Source: Nemertoderma westbladi (Eukaryota; Animalia; Xenacoelomorpha). From it: a stretch of 64,000 nucleotides of DNA. The position numbers were made by a program, and so were the translations under genes. Under the pieces are notes generated by a model. The model did not search any database. It had not been told where the DNA came from and saw nothing but the letters and a program-made list of their open reading frames with translations. Location: assembly GCA_032718475.1 (NCBI GenBank), contig JAUCBJ010000970.1, positions 8,403-72,402 on the forward strand, in the 5' to 3' direction. Below, one piece after another: positions 27,518 to 39,888 of this stretch (position 1 is its first letter; each line of letters opens with the position of its first letter).

Positions 27518-29674
27518 GCTATAAATTCACATTTTCAGGTTTTCTGGGGCGCTGATTCTAATGGAATACATTTCTAAGCTGTCAGATCATTGCTACTCGT
27601 ATTTTTAGGCGTAATATGGCAAATTTTGGTGCTAGCACTAAATTGCGTACTCATCACCAAAAAGTACAAGTTTGAGATGTCCAGTTCTGTTTTTATTGAT
27701 TCCATCGGATTCAGGACCCTCAAAAACCCGTATAACGCAAGGAACAGGATGATACTATCTATTGATCAATTTGCTTATTTTCAAAAATTTGGTTCTGGCA
27801 TAAAAATTTCACCCAACGCCGAAAAATACAAGTTTGAGAACTCTTATGCAATTTTTACATATTCCATTGAATTCAACTAACCCTCACAAACCCGTATAAC
27901 GCAAGTAAAAGGCGACACAATCAATTGATATATTTGATATATTTTGCAGAATTTGCACCCACTTCCGAAAAATACAAGTCTAGTTAGATAATTATTTATC
28001 CCATTGAATTCAGAACCGCCGTAAACCTCTAAAATGCGAGAAATAAGTTGTAACAATCAATTGAATGGATTTTCAAAATTTCGTGCTAGCACCAAATTTT
28101 GAACATAGCATCGAAAAAGGTATATTTTCAATCGAAACCAGAACCCCAATAAACCCCTATTGCGCAAAAAACAGGTTCAAACAGTCAATTTACAAAATTG
28201 AAATATTTCAATATTTGGTGCTGGCACCAAAATTTGGCACCCACCGAAAAAAACAAGTTTGAAATTTCTAAATTAATTTATATGAATTCCTTCTAATTGC
28301 AAACACCAAAAACTAAAAATTAAATAGAGATGTTACAAATCATATTTTTTCAAAAAACGTCTCAAAAAAAGTGGCAAAAGTATGGTTAAAAAATGGTGCG
28401 ATAACTCGAAAACTTCTCGATATTTTAGAAAACCGTTTTCACTATTACGAAGACAATAGATTTTTAGGAAAAGTCATAAAATTTCAGATTCCAACTGCGT
28501 TTGTTTCAGAGTTATAACAAAAAAACGGGTAATAGAAAAGGTAATAGGGTTAAGGGCACGTGTATGTCAGTATGTCAATACATTGGACTATTAAGCTTAT
28601 GTACCTCTTCTGAGGAATTGGTTTCACAGAATGGCTTGGAATTTTTATGGGAATTAATTTAGCATGTGTCTCAAACGTGTAACCAAAGAAATGTTAAAAA
28701 AGTAAATTTGGTCACCTGAAATTTTTAAATGTCATTCAAAATGTCATTTTTGAAATTTGAACAAAACACATATTTTGGCCCTTTTTTGTGATGTAACTTA
28801 TGCAATTTCTAACCTAAGGTCTAAAGTAGTAAAGGTCTATAAAGTAGTAGTAGAAGAACATATACTGAAAATGTCATGCAATTTGGTCCAGTGGTTCCAG
28901 AGAAACAGGTACATGAGTAAAAAATAAAAACGAAAAATAAAATTCTGAGATAAAGCCATTTAAAGTTTTCAAACCTAAATGGTGGGATAATTCAAACTAT
29001 ACTCAAAAAATAAGGATTAATACTTCTTAACTAAAATTTTCGATATGGGGGTTTTCCGGGGTGGTGATTGTATTTCCGATGTCAGTTTTAACGTTTGATG
29101 AATTACAGACTGTCAGTCTGTCTGTTTATCATAACTTCTGTCTGTCACTCAGTCATAAATTCCGGAAACACACCACCGAACTGAAATATAGGTTATGGGG
29201 GTTTTTCTGGTCTGTGATTTCTCTACCGATGTTAATTTTAACGTTTGAAGTATTTCCGACTGTCTTACTGGCAGTCTGTCTGTTTATCAGACAATGTCCG
29301 TCTGTCAGTCAAAATTTATGAAAGGACACGACCTCGCTAACACTTTAGTTAAAGGGGTTTTCCTGGTAGGTGATTCCATTTCTGGTGTCATTATTAAAAT
29401 ATAATGTATTTGTGTTGGTCTGTATACCTGTCGGTCTGTCCATCAAAATATAACAGACAGACAGACAGCCGGATAGACCATCTAAGAATCCTTTAAACGC
29501 TAAAACAGACATCAGAAATGGAATCATAGACCAGGAAAACACCTATAACAACATTTTCAGTGGGGTATTTCATTCATAATTTTTCACTGACAGACAGTCA
29601 GGCCAAAAGACAGATAGAGAGACAGGCCAAAAGATAGACAGATAGACATGCAGGCAGGCAGGCAGACAGAAAGG

Positions 29675-29986
29675 TCGGTAGAGGTGAAGAGGTGTGCTGT
29701 TGGTCCGCCTCTGCGTCATTGGGGTGGGTTCATCTATTCGTGTTGATGGTTGGTGAGGATTCTACTTCTGGCTAGGTCTGGCCTAGAGTAGAAGCAGATC
29801 CGCGGCAATAATAATATTGCTCCTCAAAAGAGGCCCCACTACATCAGGGACGCGTTTTTCGACAGAGCCCCGTCAGCTGAAACAGCCAGTGCCGCTAGTC
29901 GGTGGGGTTGACTTGTTCACGAGAGGCTATTATAAGGCGCAATGGGATACGCATTGCGTATCTCCTTCTGTCAACCAATACTGGTC
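29675..29986 (-). mobile_element. Second (inverted) copy of the 13473-13820 dispersed element
   Basis: Near-identical reverse complement, sharing both ends with the first copy. Contains hairpins GATACGCATTGCGTATC and CTAGG-TCTGG-CCTAG. Confidence 0.8.
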
Positions 29987-30831
29987 GACAGAAAGACAGA
30001 CAATCTATAATACATGAAACATTAAAATCGACATTAGAAATGAGATCACTAATCAGGGAAAATCATATAGCGAAAATTATACTATACGTGTGATTGTTGA
30101 ATTTTGGGGACTCTTAAACTTTGCCGTGTCATTAATAGCAATTTTTGATATAATAAAATGATGTTAAAATATTTTTTCTAGAACAAACTACTTTTTATAT
30201 TATATGAATAGATATTGGCCGTGAACAATATGTTGTAGAAAATTTTAAAAAATGTAAAAAAAAACTAGCTATAATAAATTTATACAAAGATAACATAGAA
30301 TAAAAATTCAATATAATTAACAAATTAGTTAGTGCTTTTTATTTTTTATTCTAGAACAAAAAATATTTGTTCTAGAACAACATTTACATATTAAGGGACT
30401 AGATAATATGTTCTAGAACATTTTAAACAAAGTAACAAAAACTACCTAGTATAAAAAATTTATACAAAGATAACATACAATAAAAATTCAATATAATTAA
30501 CAAATTAGCTAGTGCTAGTTCTAGAACATTTAAAAAAAGAAACAAAAACTAGCTAGTATAAAAAATTTAAACGTAACAAAATGTAATTGTACGTAGAGTA
30601 TATTACAATCTAAATATAATTATATTGAATATATACTATAGGTGGCACGGCAAACTGTAAGATATGTCAGATAAAATCGACTGAAAGGCAGACAGACAGC
30701 TATAACTAGAGAACTAAAATAGATCAAGCTATCACGTTTTCAGTTTTGAAATCGCCATTAAATTTTGATCCAGAATCCGGCAAAAAAATATTGGTTTTTT
30801 AAACTTTTATGACATACACGAGCATATCACA

Positions 30832-32149
30832 TAGGGTCGAGTCAGATGGTTTCTAAACTATTAAATATTATTTAGGCTCGAGTCAGATTGTTTCTAAACT
30901 ATTAAATATTATTTAGGCTCGAGTCAGATTGTTTATAAACTATTAAATATTATATAGGCTCGAGTCAAGTGGTTTATAAACTATTAAATATTATATAGGT
31001 TCGAGTCACGTGGTTTATAAACTATTAAATATTATATAGGGTCGAGTCACGTGGTTTATAAACTATTAAATATTATATAGGCTCGAGTCACGTGGTTTAT
31101 AAACTATTAAATATTATATAGGCTCGAGTCACGTGGTTTATAAACTATTAAATATTATATAGGCTCGAGTCACGTGGTTTATAAACTATTAAATATTATA
31201 TAGGCTCGAGTCACGTGGTTTATAAACTATTAAATATTATATATTAAATTGATTTTTTAATATTTTAAAATATTAAATATTATATAATTAAATATTATAG
31301 GCGGGGTAGCTCAGTTGGCTGAGCGCCGGGCCTGCAATCTATTGGTTGTAGGTTCAGCCCCGCCAGGGTCCAGTCAGCCTTTCATCCACTGGGGTCGATA
31401 AAATGAGTACCAGTTAAATAACTGGGAGCTAATCTTGGGATAGGAGTAGCGCCCACCCCTACCCTCGTGTAGCAGCTATCGAAAGAGGAGCCTTCGGGTC
31501 GCCTCCGGCTTCGGCCGACTGTTTGCTTGCTTTTGAAATATTATATTGGCTCGAGTCATGTGGTTTATAAACTATTAAATATTAATATATTGCCTCGATT
31601 CAGGGGGTTTATAAACTATTAAATGTTATATAGGCTCAAGTCAGGGGGTTTATAAACTATAAACTATTAAATATTATATAGGCTCGAGTCACGTGGTTTA
31701 TAAACTATTAAATAGTATAGAGGCTCGAGTCAGGGGGTTTATAAACTATTAAATGTTATATAGGCTCGAGTCAAGTGGTTTATAAACTATTAAATGTTAT
31801 TGAGGCTCGAGTCAGGGGGTTTATAAACTATTAAATATTATATAGGCTCGAGTCACGTGGTTTATAAACTATTAAATATTATATAGGCTCGAGTCACGTG
31901 GTTTATAAACTATTAAATGTTATATAGGCTCGAGTCAGGGGGTTTATAAACTATTAAATGTTATATAGGCTCGAGTCAGGGGGTTTATAAACTATTAAAT
32001 ATTATATAGGCTCGAGTCACGTGGTTTATAAACTATTAAATATTATATAGGCTCGAGTCACGTGGTTTATAAACTATTAAATATTATATTGGCTCGAGTC
32101 ACGTGGTTTATAAACTATTAAATATTATATAGGCTCGAGTCACGTGGTT
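30832..32149 (+). repeat. 41-bp minisatellite (TATAAACTATTAAATATTATATAG|GCTCGAGTCACGTGGTT) running into ZZEF1 exon 3
   Basis: About 25 copies in two blocks split by a SINE. Homologous to the 40-bp satellite. The last copy supplies the acceptor and first 17 nt of exon 3. Confidence 0.95.
31300..31535 (+). mobile_element. tRNA-derived SINE (GCA anticodon-like head, Meta-domain-like core)
   Basis: A box TAGCTCAGTTGG and B box GGTTCAGCCCC. Core CAGCCTTTCATCCACTGGGGTCGATAAAATGAGTACCAG. Short (TGCT)n/T tail and 10-bp TSD AAATATTATA. Confidence 0.8.
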
Positions 32150-32331
32150 ACCAAAGCCTATAAGGATATTGACGTCTCTTCCAATTCTAAGACCATGGCT
32201 CATCTAATTGACGGGGACTTTAACTCCTACTGGCAGTCTGATGGCACCATCCACAATCATTGGATACGGTTAAATATGAAGAATGAAGTGGTGGTTAAGC
32301 AGTTAATCATTATGGTTAACAATTCAGATAG
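32133..32331 (+). CDS. ZZEF1: ZZEF1 exon 3 (N-terminal half of the APC10/DOC domain)
   Basis: tatatag|GC TCG AGT CAC GTG GTT ACC: phase 1 matches exon 2 (T+GC = Cys). VTKAYKDIDVSSN..NSYWQSDGTIHNHWIRL resembles human VAKCYAYIETSSN..SSYWQSDGSACSHWIRL. Donor AG|gttggt. Confidence 0.9.
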
Positions 32332-34348
32332 GTTGGTTAATTAATCGTTTCTAATGTAATAATTAATCCAAAAGTGTGTCCCCCACATTTTGGGAATTTA
32401 TAAGAAAAATAATAATCAGAAGCTATTATGATATGAATAAAATTTGTTTCAGTTAATCTCATCAGAATATCGATTTCATTAATTAAATCAAGGTAAAGTA
32501 ATATAAAATCTTTGTAAAATACATTTAAATCAATCTAAAAAACGTCTTATTATAAGCAAATTACAAAAAAACCAGTCGTTAAGGCATTTCATAAATCTTC
32601 AGAACAAAATAATTATTTATTACATGGGAAAAAAAGTAGAACTTATTTTTCACTATTCTCGAGGCATTTTATTTACCGAGCGTCAGCTAGGTTAATAAAC
32701 TTTTTTTAAGCCTTTTTCGGCTAGGTTGACTCGCCTATGGGTTACCCCCTCTTTTTTAACTGGGCTAGTAAGCCGGTATTCACAACAACAACACTTAACA
32801 ACATTCAATTTGGAGCCATAGTTCAAACAAAAATGAAGCAAAGAAAAAATCATTGAAAACTCATAAAATAGTTAAAATCGATTGATGCCCAGCCCGAATA
32901 GATTTAATTATTTTTCTCATTCATTTATTTCACTATATTATTATATTCCTACTCACAAATAATTCACACATCAAACTGAAAGATAAATAAATACTATCTA
33001 AGATGGAAGAGCGTAGGTTCCAGTTCAATTTTTGGTCGTAATAACTGTTGTTGTCTGTTGTATGCTGTCGGTTGTCGGCGTAGCGTTTACACCCCGTCCT
33101 CTAACTATGATGCACATTTCCTCCATTACACTGTAGTTATAACTTAAAGGTAAACACAAGAGTCTTACACCCCTTAAACTACAAAAAAAATATTGAATCA
33201 GGACATTAAACCCAAAATACTTCTCAGCCTCTAGAGCCATCAAAAGACACAAACAAAACAATTAAAAAACACAAACAAAAGTAACATAATAACATGCTCC
33301 ACATACAGGTATGTATCGCAACCCTTACCCTAAAACCTAACCGCCATACAATAAATGATACCGGTAATAAACTGCACGAAAGCTAAGCCTATATTCTATA
33401 AGAAAATATATGACAATTTGTTGCCGTGAAAGGGGTAGGACTCGGGCAAAAATACGTAGTTAATATATGACAACCCCCTGTTAGTCAGTATGTCGGTACG
33501 TTCAATTATCACATTATACTTTAGTCGATAAAATATATTTGTTGATAAAAATTAGAAAGAACTCTCTTGTTTAAAATACATTTATTATACTTAACATTCA
33601 AATGTGCCGGTTTGGTGAATTGATATCTTAAGTTTCGATTTGTTAACTACCGGTACTACCGGTAAATCTATTTGAATATAAACCAAACATTGATGTATAA
33701 AAATTCCCTCTTATTAATTGCATAAAATAGTAATAATAAGATTTGAACTAAAATTGTGATTGTTTATTACATTATTACAATGTTGTATTGTACGCAAGTT
33801 CGAAAATTAATACATTTTCAATCTTACTCTTTCTCAATTTAATACCTCCTGGCTCCTGAATTCTTCCAGTTTATACACATTTCTGAATACACATTGAAAA
33901 ACACAAGTAGAGTAAACATAAACACTCTCGAAACAAGTAATTCCTACATAGTTGTGTGGAAGTTGTTCGGTGTGTTGGGTCTTGTGGTCAAATACGGTAT
34001 ATATAAATAGTTAATAAAATCTCACATCCCTAGTGCCGAGCCAATTTGTCGTTTTTTTTTTTTCATAATTAAACTTACGAGTCGGTATGGATGCGGTATG
34101 GGGAGTATTGAGTACCTAGTACTGTATGTAGCGACTAGAGATGAAATATCCATTTGAAAAAATATGTTGGGAAATATTCATTTTGTTTCACTTTGAAGAA
34201 ATTATACGTACCGGTACAAAAACTGTTTCGGATAGCAAAATCACTAGGACAACATTTAAGTCAATTTAAGGTTTATTTGCTCTTCATTTTGACTGGGTAA
34301 CGTGAATAGGGCAAAATATTTATATACCGTTAATGACTTTCCTTTTAG

Positions 34349-34557
34349 ATCTTACATGCCATCGATGGTAAGTGTTTCAGTTGGAAGATCAACATCGAAT
34401 TTATCTGAGATCAAGGAGATTCGCATTCCAAGCAATACTCTGGGGGAGTTTGTACTGCTGAAGAACCTGAAATTCTACTACCCAATAGTTCAGATCAACA
34501 TTAAAAGCTGTAATAATGACGGTTGTGATACTAGAGTCCACGGTGTTAAAGTAGTCG
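34349..34557 (+). CDS. ZZEF1: ZZEF1 exon 4 (C-terminal half of the APC10/DOC domain)
   Basis: ttccttttag|A TCT TAC ATG: phase 2 matches exon 3. SYMPSMVSVSVGR..VQINIKSCNNDGCDTRVHGVKVVG resembles human SYMPQQVTVAVGR..VQINIKRCLSDGCDTRIHGLRAVG. Donor-like G|gttagt at 34558, or read-through to TAG at 34560-34562. Confidence 0.9.
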
Positions 34558-34704
34558 GTTAGTCTGTGTTTCCCAGATACAGAATGGCATTTAATACTTA
34601 TTATGCACGTTTTTACTTTGTACTCTTGTAGGTTAGGGTCACCTACCCACTAATTTTGTAGACAATCCACATAGTGACACAAGTAGTTCAAAATAATGTA
34701 TCCA

Positions 34705-35575
34705 TTACTACTACTACTACTACTACTACTGCAGCATTTTAGATATTTTTATTAAGAATGCTGTGACGGCTTGACGACAAAATTGCGCCGCAACAACTCC
34801 CTGTCATGACTACCATGACATTTGCTAGATGGTCCGCATCTTCAACTTCAAGACTAGTGTCCTTTCAAAGTCGTCTCAAAAAAGCCATGAGATGTCCGTG
34901 TCCACCATGCGTATTCACTCCATGATGCCACCAGAGTACAACATATCCGATGGTGTATAGAGGCTGATTGGAGATGTGTTCATTGTACTTGATACAATGA
35001 ACTCGGCGCAGCATTCTTGTATAAGTGCCATCCAGGGATTTGGTATCCTCAGCAGCATGGACTCCCATATAACTGGTTCTAATGTTGCCCTAAATAATTG
35101 AACCTTAAATTCGATGATCAGTACTATTCAATGCTGCCCATGCCTCCCCCTTACGTATCCGACTTCCGGATCCATGATCCCAAGTAGCAGAAGTCATCCA
35201 CGTGCTCAAACAAGCCATCCCTAAAGCTTACGCTCCGCTTATACGATCAGACGGTTTCTGAGGGCTGTCAATAAGTTCACTGTCAATACTTGGTTTTTTT
35301 CGAGTTTACAAAAAGACCTACACTAGAAGCAGCCTGCTCCAATGAGCAGAGGAGCCTTAGGGCACCCTCCAGCACAACACTCATAAAGTCATCAACAAAG
35401 TCAAGATCAGTAAGGATCACCTGGATTTCCTATACTTTTTGTTCCAAGAGAGGGTGCTACTATCACCCCATCTTTATTAAATTGGTCTTAAGGACATGCG
35501 TAGAACATAATCAACCTCAATTACGAATAGGAATGGTGCAAGTGTGTCACCCTGAAGGATTCCTCCGCAACTCAA
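34705..35575 (-). mobile_element. 5'-truncated, degenerate RTE-clade LINE (reverse transcriptase 3' part)
   Basis: The minus strand encodes GILQGDTLAPFLFVIEVDYVLR, TDLDFVDD, GLFVNSKKTKY and SLDGTYTRMLRRV. A (TAG)n microsatellite tail lies at 34705-34730. Confidence 0.85.
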
Positions 35576-36096
35576 ATTGGTTGCAAGTACGTAATACGTG
35601 TATTGTTTTGGTTAGAAAACTTCGTCACTGTAACCTGCTCCTTTTCTATAATTTGTAATATTTTTTATATATTTTAAAATGTATGTATACACCAAGGCCA
35701 CTAAACACATGAATCGCGATCTTTTTGTGCCATTACCTGAGACAATCAATGGTACAGTTTAATCAATCGGGTTAATAAACGTGGTTGTCATCGTACTTGT
35801 TTCCATGGTAAGGGATAAATTCAAAAAATATGGCTTTTTCTTGCCTGACTTTCCCTCAAATTTTCAGGTTATTTAAGAAAAATGAGGGCGATGATATAAA
35901 ATTGTGTTTTTGGGACTCTAAATTTATACAAATCTGTAGGTGATCACATGTAATGTGAAACATATTAAACTTACCTTGACGACTCACCTGTGGTGAGTAA
36001 CCTATTCTTATCAATTGCAAATATTGCACTGTCACACTGTCAGTTGTGTAATCTTAGTCCTATTTGTTTGTACCGATGGAAAATTGGATTTTCCAA

Positions 36097-36522
36097 ATCT
36101 GTAAAGGTGACCTGGGATGCTGTGCGGCTTGTCTGTAAAGGTGACCTGGGGTGCTGAGCGGCTTGTCTGTAAAGGTGACCTGGGGTGCTGTGCGGCTTGT
36201 CTGTAAAGGTGACCTGGGGTGCGGCTTGTCTGTAAAGGTGACCTGGGGTGCTGAGCGGCTTGTCTGTAAAGGTGACCTGGGGTGCTGTGCGGCTTGTCTG
36301 TAAAGGTGACCTGGGGTTGGGGTGCTGTGCGGCTTCTCTGTAAAGGTAACCTGTAGTGCGGCTTGTGTGACCTGGGGTGCAGTGTGCGGCTTGTCTGTAA
36401 AGGTGACCTGGGGTGCGGCTTGTCTGTAAAGGTGACCTAGGGTGCTGAGCGGCTTGTCTGTAAAGGTGACCTGGGGTGCTCTGCGGCTTGCCTGTAAAAG
36501 TGACCTGGAGTGCGGCTTGTCC
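36097..36522. repeat. 34-bp minisatellite (GTCTGTAAAGGTGACCTGGGGTGCTGTGCGGCTT)
   Basis: About 13 tandem copies, some with 5-bp deletions. Confidence 0.93.
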
Positions 36523-36679
36523 GTTATTGGTAATTAATAAGGGGATTCAATTTTAAAACAGATCGTTGTTAAAAAATTGTGAATGATTAAAAATTCGACT
36601 CAACAACCTAATGCAAAATTACAATTTCATGGTTTAAGGGTGTTCATTGTACAAATGTGAGATGAATAGTATATATCCC

Positions 36680-36900
36680 TTTGGTGTTCATATCCCTTCC
36701 ATGGGGTGCACTATTGAGTGAGTTGTGTGGCTGTGTTGCATGGCGCAACTTAGAACCTCTTGCTTAGTGTAACGGGCAGTAACCTGGTCCAGTACGAAGC
36801 CTTGGGAACAACGTAAATAGATCAATAAATTGATTAACAGTGTGGTTGAAGGTATTTGTAGAAAGAGCCGCAACATTCCCCTGAACATTCTGCTTTAATG
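36680..36900 (-). mobile_element. Possible degenerate 3' end of an I-group/RNase H-type LINE
   Basis: The minus strand gives LFTLFPRLRTGPG, resembling the RLRTGH motif, followed by a decayed Cys/His segment. Stops and frameshifts are present. Confidence 0.25.
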
Positions 36901-37665
36901 AGGGCTACTTGAAACAAAGAGAGGGGCTGACTGGAGGCACCTTTATAGGGTTCAATCGGTTCCCCATTATAATACAATCAACCCATGTGCCCCGTGTATG
37001 TCATGGCTATTTATACACCTCCCCGAAAGATTCCACCTTCAGCTCATTATTATTTATATATGTAACCGGAGTAACTTGACCTAGTGTAGTGAGTAGTGTA
37101 AGTAAGTAGCCCTCTACAATATTCAGCCAGTCATCTTGCCCCCCCCCCCCCCCCCCCCCCCATAAATAATGAATTGTTTCATGGTAGTGTTCGGTAGAAA
37201 ATTCGTGGATTGTGAGTGGATAATTGTGTTGAATTGATATAAGTGTACTTTACTACATTTACTTTACTGCATTGCTGTAATGTACATTATGGCTATATTT
37301 TGTAAACATTCTGTCACCATTAGCAGCGGATTGATGTTAAGTTAAACTTCTTCTCTAAGGTACTGTCGTTGTTGTTTTAGAATCACCATTATTTTGTAAA
37401 TGCATTATCGTAACTATCGGAATTATTTGCAATCAAGGCTTTCTAGAACTAAAACGACTTCTTTGCAATTTTATGACGATAAGAGGCGTTAATGTAGCTA
37501 ACAGTATTTTTTTTTTCAAAAAGTTTCCTCTGAAAAGTTTCTAAACGGTTAAAAAATTTTAGAAAATCTCAATTTTGTTTAGAAAACCTAGACGAAATTA
37601 GAAGGGCGAATTTTGAAAAGTGATTTTGTATAAAATTATTACAATTTTATTAAATATCGTCCATC

Positions 37666-37692
37666 ATGGCGTCAGGTGGACCTAGGCCATCG
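37666..37692 (+). CDS. Candidate micro first exon MASGGPRPS of an unidentified gene
   Basis: Good start context ccATCATGG after an AT-rich leader, a GC-rich 27 nt, then donor-like TCG|gtcagt exactly where the 44-bp array begins. No partner exon identified. Confidence 0.3.
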
Positions 37693-37693
37693 G

Positions 37694-39717
37694 TCAGTGG
37701 TTTGGTTGGCAGAAACAGACCAATCGTAGTAGCTAGCTCAGTGGTTCGGTTGGCAGAAAGAGACCAATCGTTGTAGCCAGCTCAGTGGTTCGGTTGGCAG
37801 AAACAGACCAATCGTAGTAGCTAACTCAGTGGTTCGGTTGGCAGAAACAGACCAATCGTAGTAGCTAACTCAGTGGTTCGGTTGGCAGAAACAGACCAAT
37901 CGTAGTAGCTAGCTCAGTGGTTCGGTTGGCAGAAACAGACCAATCGTAGTATCTAGCTCAGTGGTTCGGTTGGCAGAAACAGACCAATCGTAGTAGCTAG
38001 CTCAGTGGTTCGGTTGGCAGAAACAGACCAATCGTTGTAGCTAGCTCAGTGGTTCGGTTGGCAGAAACAGACCAATCGTAGTAGCTAACTCAGTGGTTCG
38101 GTTGGCAGAAACAGACCAATCGTAGTAGCTAACTCAGTGGTTCGGTTGGCAGAAACAGACCAATCGTAGTAGCTAGCTCAGTGGTTTGGTTGGCAGAAAC
38201 AGACCAATCGTAGTAGCTAGCTCAGTGGTTCGGTTGGCAGAAACAGACCAATCGTAGTAGCTAGCTCAGTGGTTTGGTTGGCAGAAACAGACCAATCGTA
38301 GTAGCTAGCTCAGTGGTTCGGTTGGCAGAAACAGACCAATCGTAGTAGCTAACTCAGTGGTTCGGTTGGCAGAAACAGACCAATCGTAGTAGCTAACTCA
38401 GTGGTTCGGTTGGCAGAAACAGACCAATCGTAGTAGCTAACTCAGTGGTTCGGTTGGCAGAAACAGACCAATCGTAGTAGCTAGCTCAGTGGTTCGGTTG
38501 GCAGAAACAGACCAATCGTAGTATCTAGCTCAGTGGTTCGGTTGGCAGAAACAGACCAATCGTAGTAGCTAGCTCAGTGGTTCGGTTGGCAGAAACAGAC
38601 CAATCGTTGTAGCTAGCTCAGTGGTTCGGTTGGCAGAAACAGACCAATCGTAGTAGCTAACTCAGTGGTTCGGTTGGCAGAAACAGACCAATCGTAGTAG
38701 CTAACTCAGTGGTTCGGTTGGCAGAAACAGACCAATCGTAGTAGCTAGCTCAGTGGTTTGGTTGGCAGAAACAGACCAATCGTAGTAGCTAGCTCAGTGG
38801 TTCGGTTGGCAGAAACAGACCAATCGTAGTAGCTAACTCAGTGGTTCGGTTGGCAGAAACAGACCAATCGTAGTAGCTAACTCAGTGGTTCGGTTGGCAG
38901 AAACAGACCAATCGTAGTAGCTAGCTCAGTGGTTTGGTTGGCAGAAACAGACCAATCGTAGTAGCTAGCTCAGTGGTTCGGTTGGCAGAAACAGACCAAT
39001 CGTAGTAGCTAACTCAGTGGTTCGGTTGGCAGAAACAGACCAATCGTAGTAGCTAGCTCAGTGGTTCGGTTGGCAGAAACTGACCAATCGTAGTAGCTAG
39101 CTCAGTGGTTCGGTTGGGAGAAACAGACCAATCGTAGTAGCTAGCTCAGTGGTTCGGTTGGCAGAAACAGACCAATCGTTGTAGCTAGCTCAGTGGTTCG
39201 GTTGGCAGAAACTGACCAATCGTAGTAGCTAGCTCAGTGGTTCGGTTGGGAGAAACAGACCAATCGTAGTAGCTAGCTCAGTGGTTCGGTTGGCAGAAAC
39301 AGACCAATCGTTGTAGCTAGCTCAGTGGTTCGGTTGGCAGAAACAGACCAATCGTTGTAGCTAGCTCAGTGGTTCGGTTGGCAGAAACAGACCAATCGTA
39401 GTAGCTAGCTCAGTGGTTCGGTTGGGAGAAACAGACCAATCGTAGTAGCTAGCTCAGTGGTTCGGTTGGCAGAAACAGACCAATCGTAGTAGCTAGCTCA
39501 GTGGTTCGGTTGGCAGAAACAGACCAATCGTAGTAGCTAGCTCAGTGGTTCGGTTGGCAGAAACAGACCAATCGTTGTAGCTAGCTCAGTGGTTCGGTTG
39601 GCAGAAACAGACCAATCGTAGTAGCTAGCTCAGTGGTTCGGTTGGCAGAAACAGACCAATCGTTGTAGCTAGCTCAGTGGTTCGGTTGGCAGAAACAGAC
39701 CAATCGTTGTAGCTAGC
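37694..39717. repeat. 44-bp minisatellite (CAGTGGTTCGGTTGGCAGAAACAGACCAATCGTAGTAGCTAGCT)
   Basis: About 46 near-identical tandem copies with no spacers. Confidence 0.97.
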
Positions 39718-39888
39718 AACCTTTCATATTACAACTATTTTGTCACGCAATTCACTTGAACTAATTAAAAACTATAATCTAATGGGGTATGGGCAAGGCG
39801 TCCCTGGTTATGGGGATTCCAGCTGGCTCTATTTAATTAAGAAGGCGCTATTTAATATAGCGCCTATTCTAAAGTTAATGAGTTCTAA

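Noticed and set aside
31300-31372. tRNA-Cys gene
   Set aside because: The anticodon and acceptor stems pair poorly, and the sequence continues into a SINE body with a TSD.
37694-39717. Tandem Pol III/tRNA genes (TAGCTCAGTGG A-box match in each unit)
   Set aside because: There is no cloverleaf and no properly formed B box. The match is probably coincidental.
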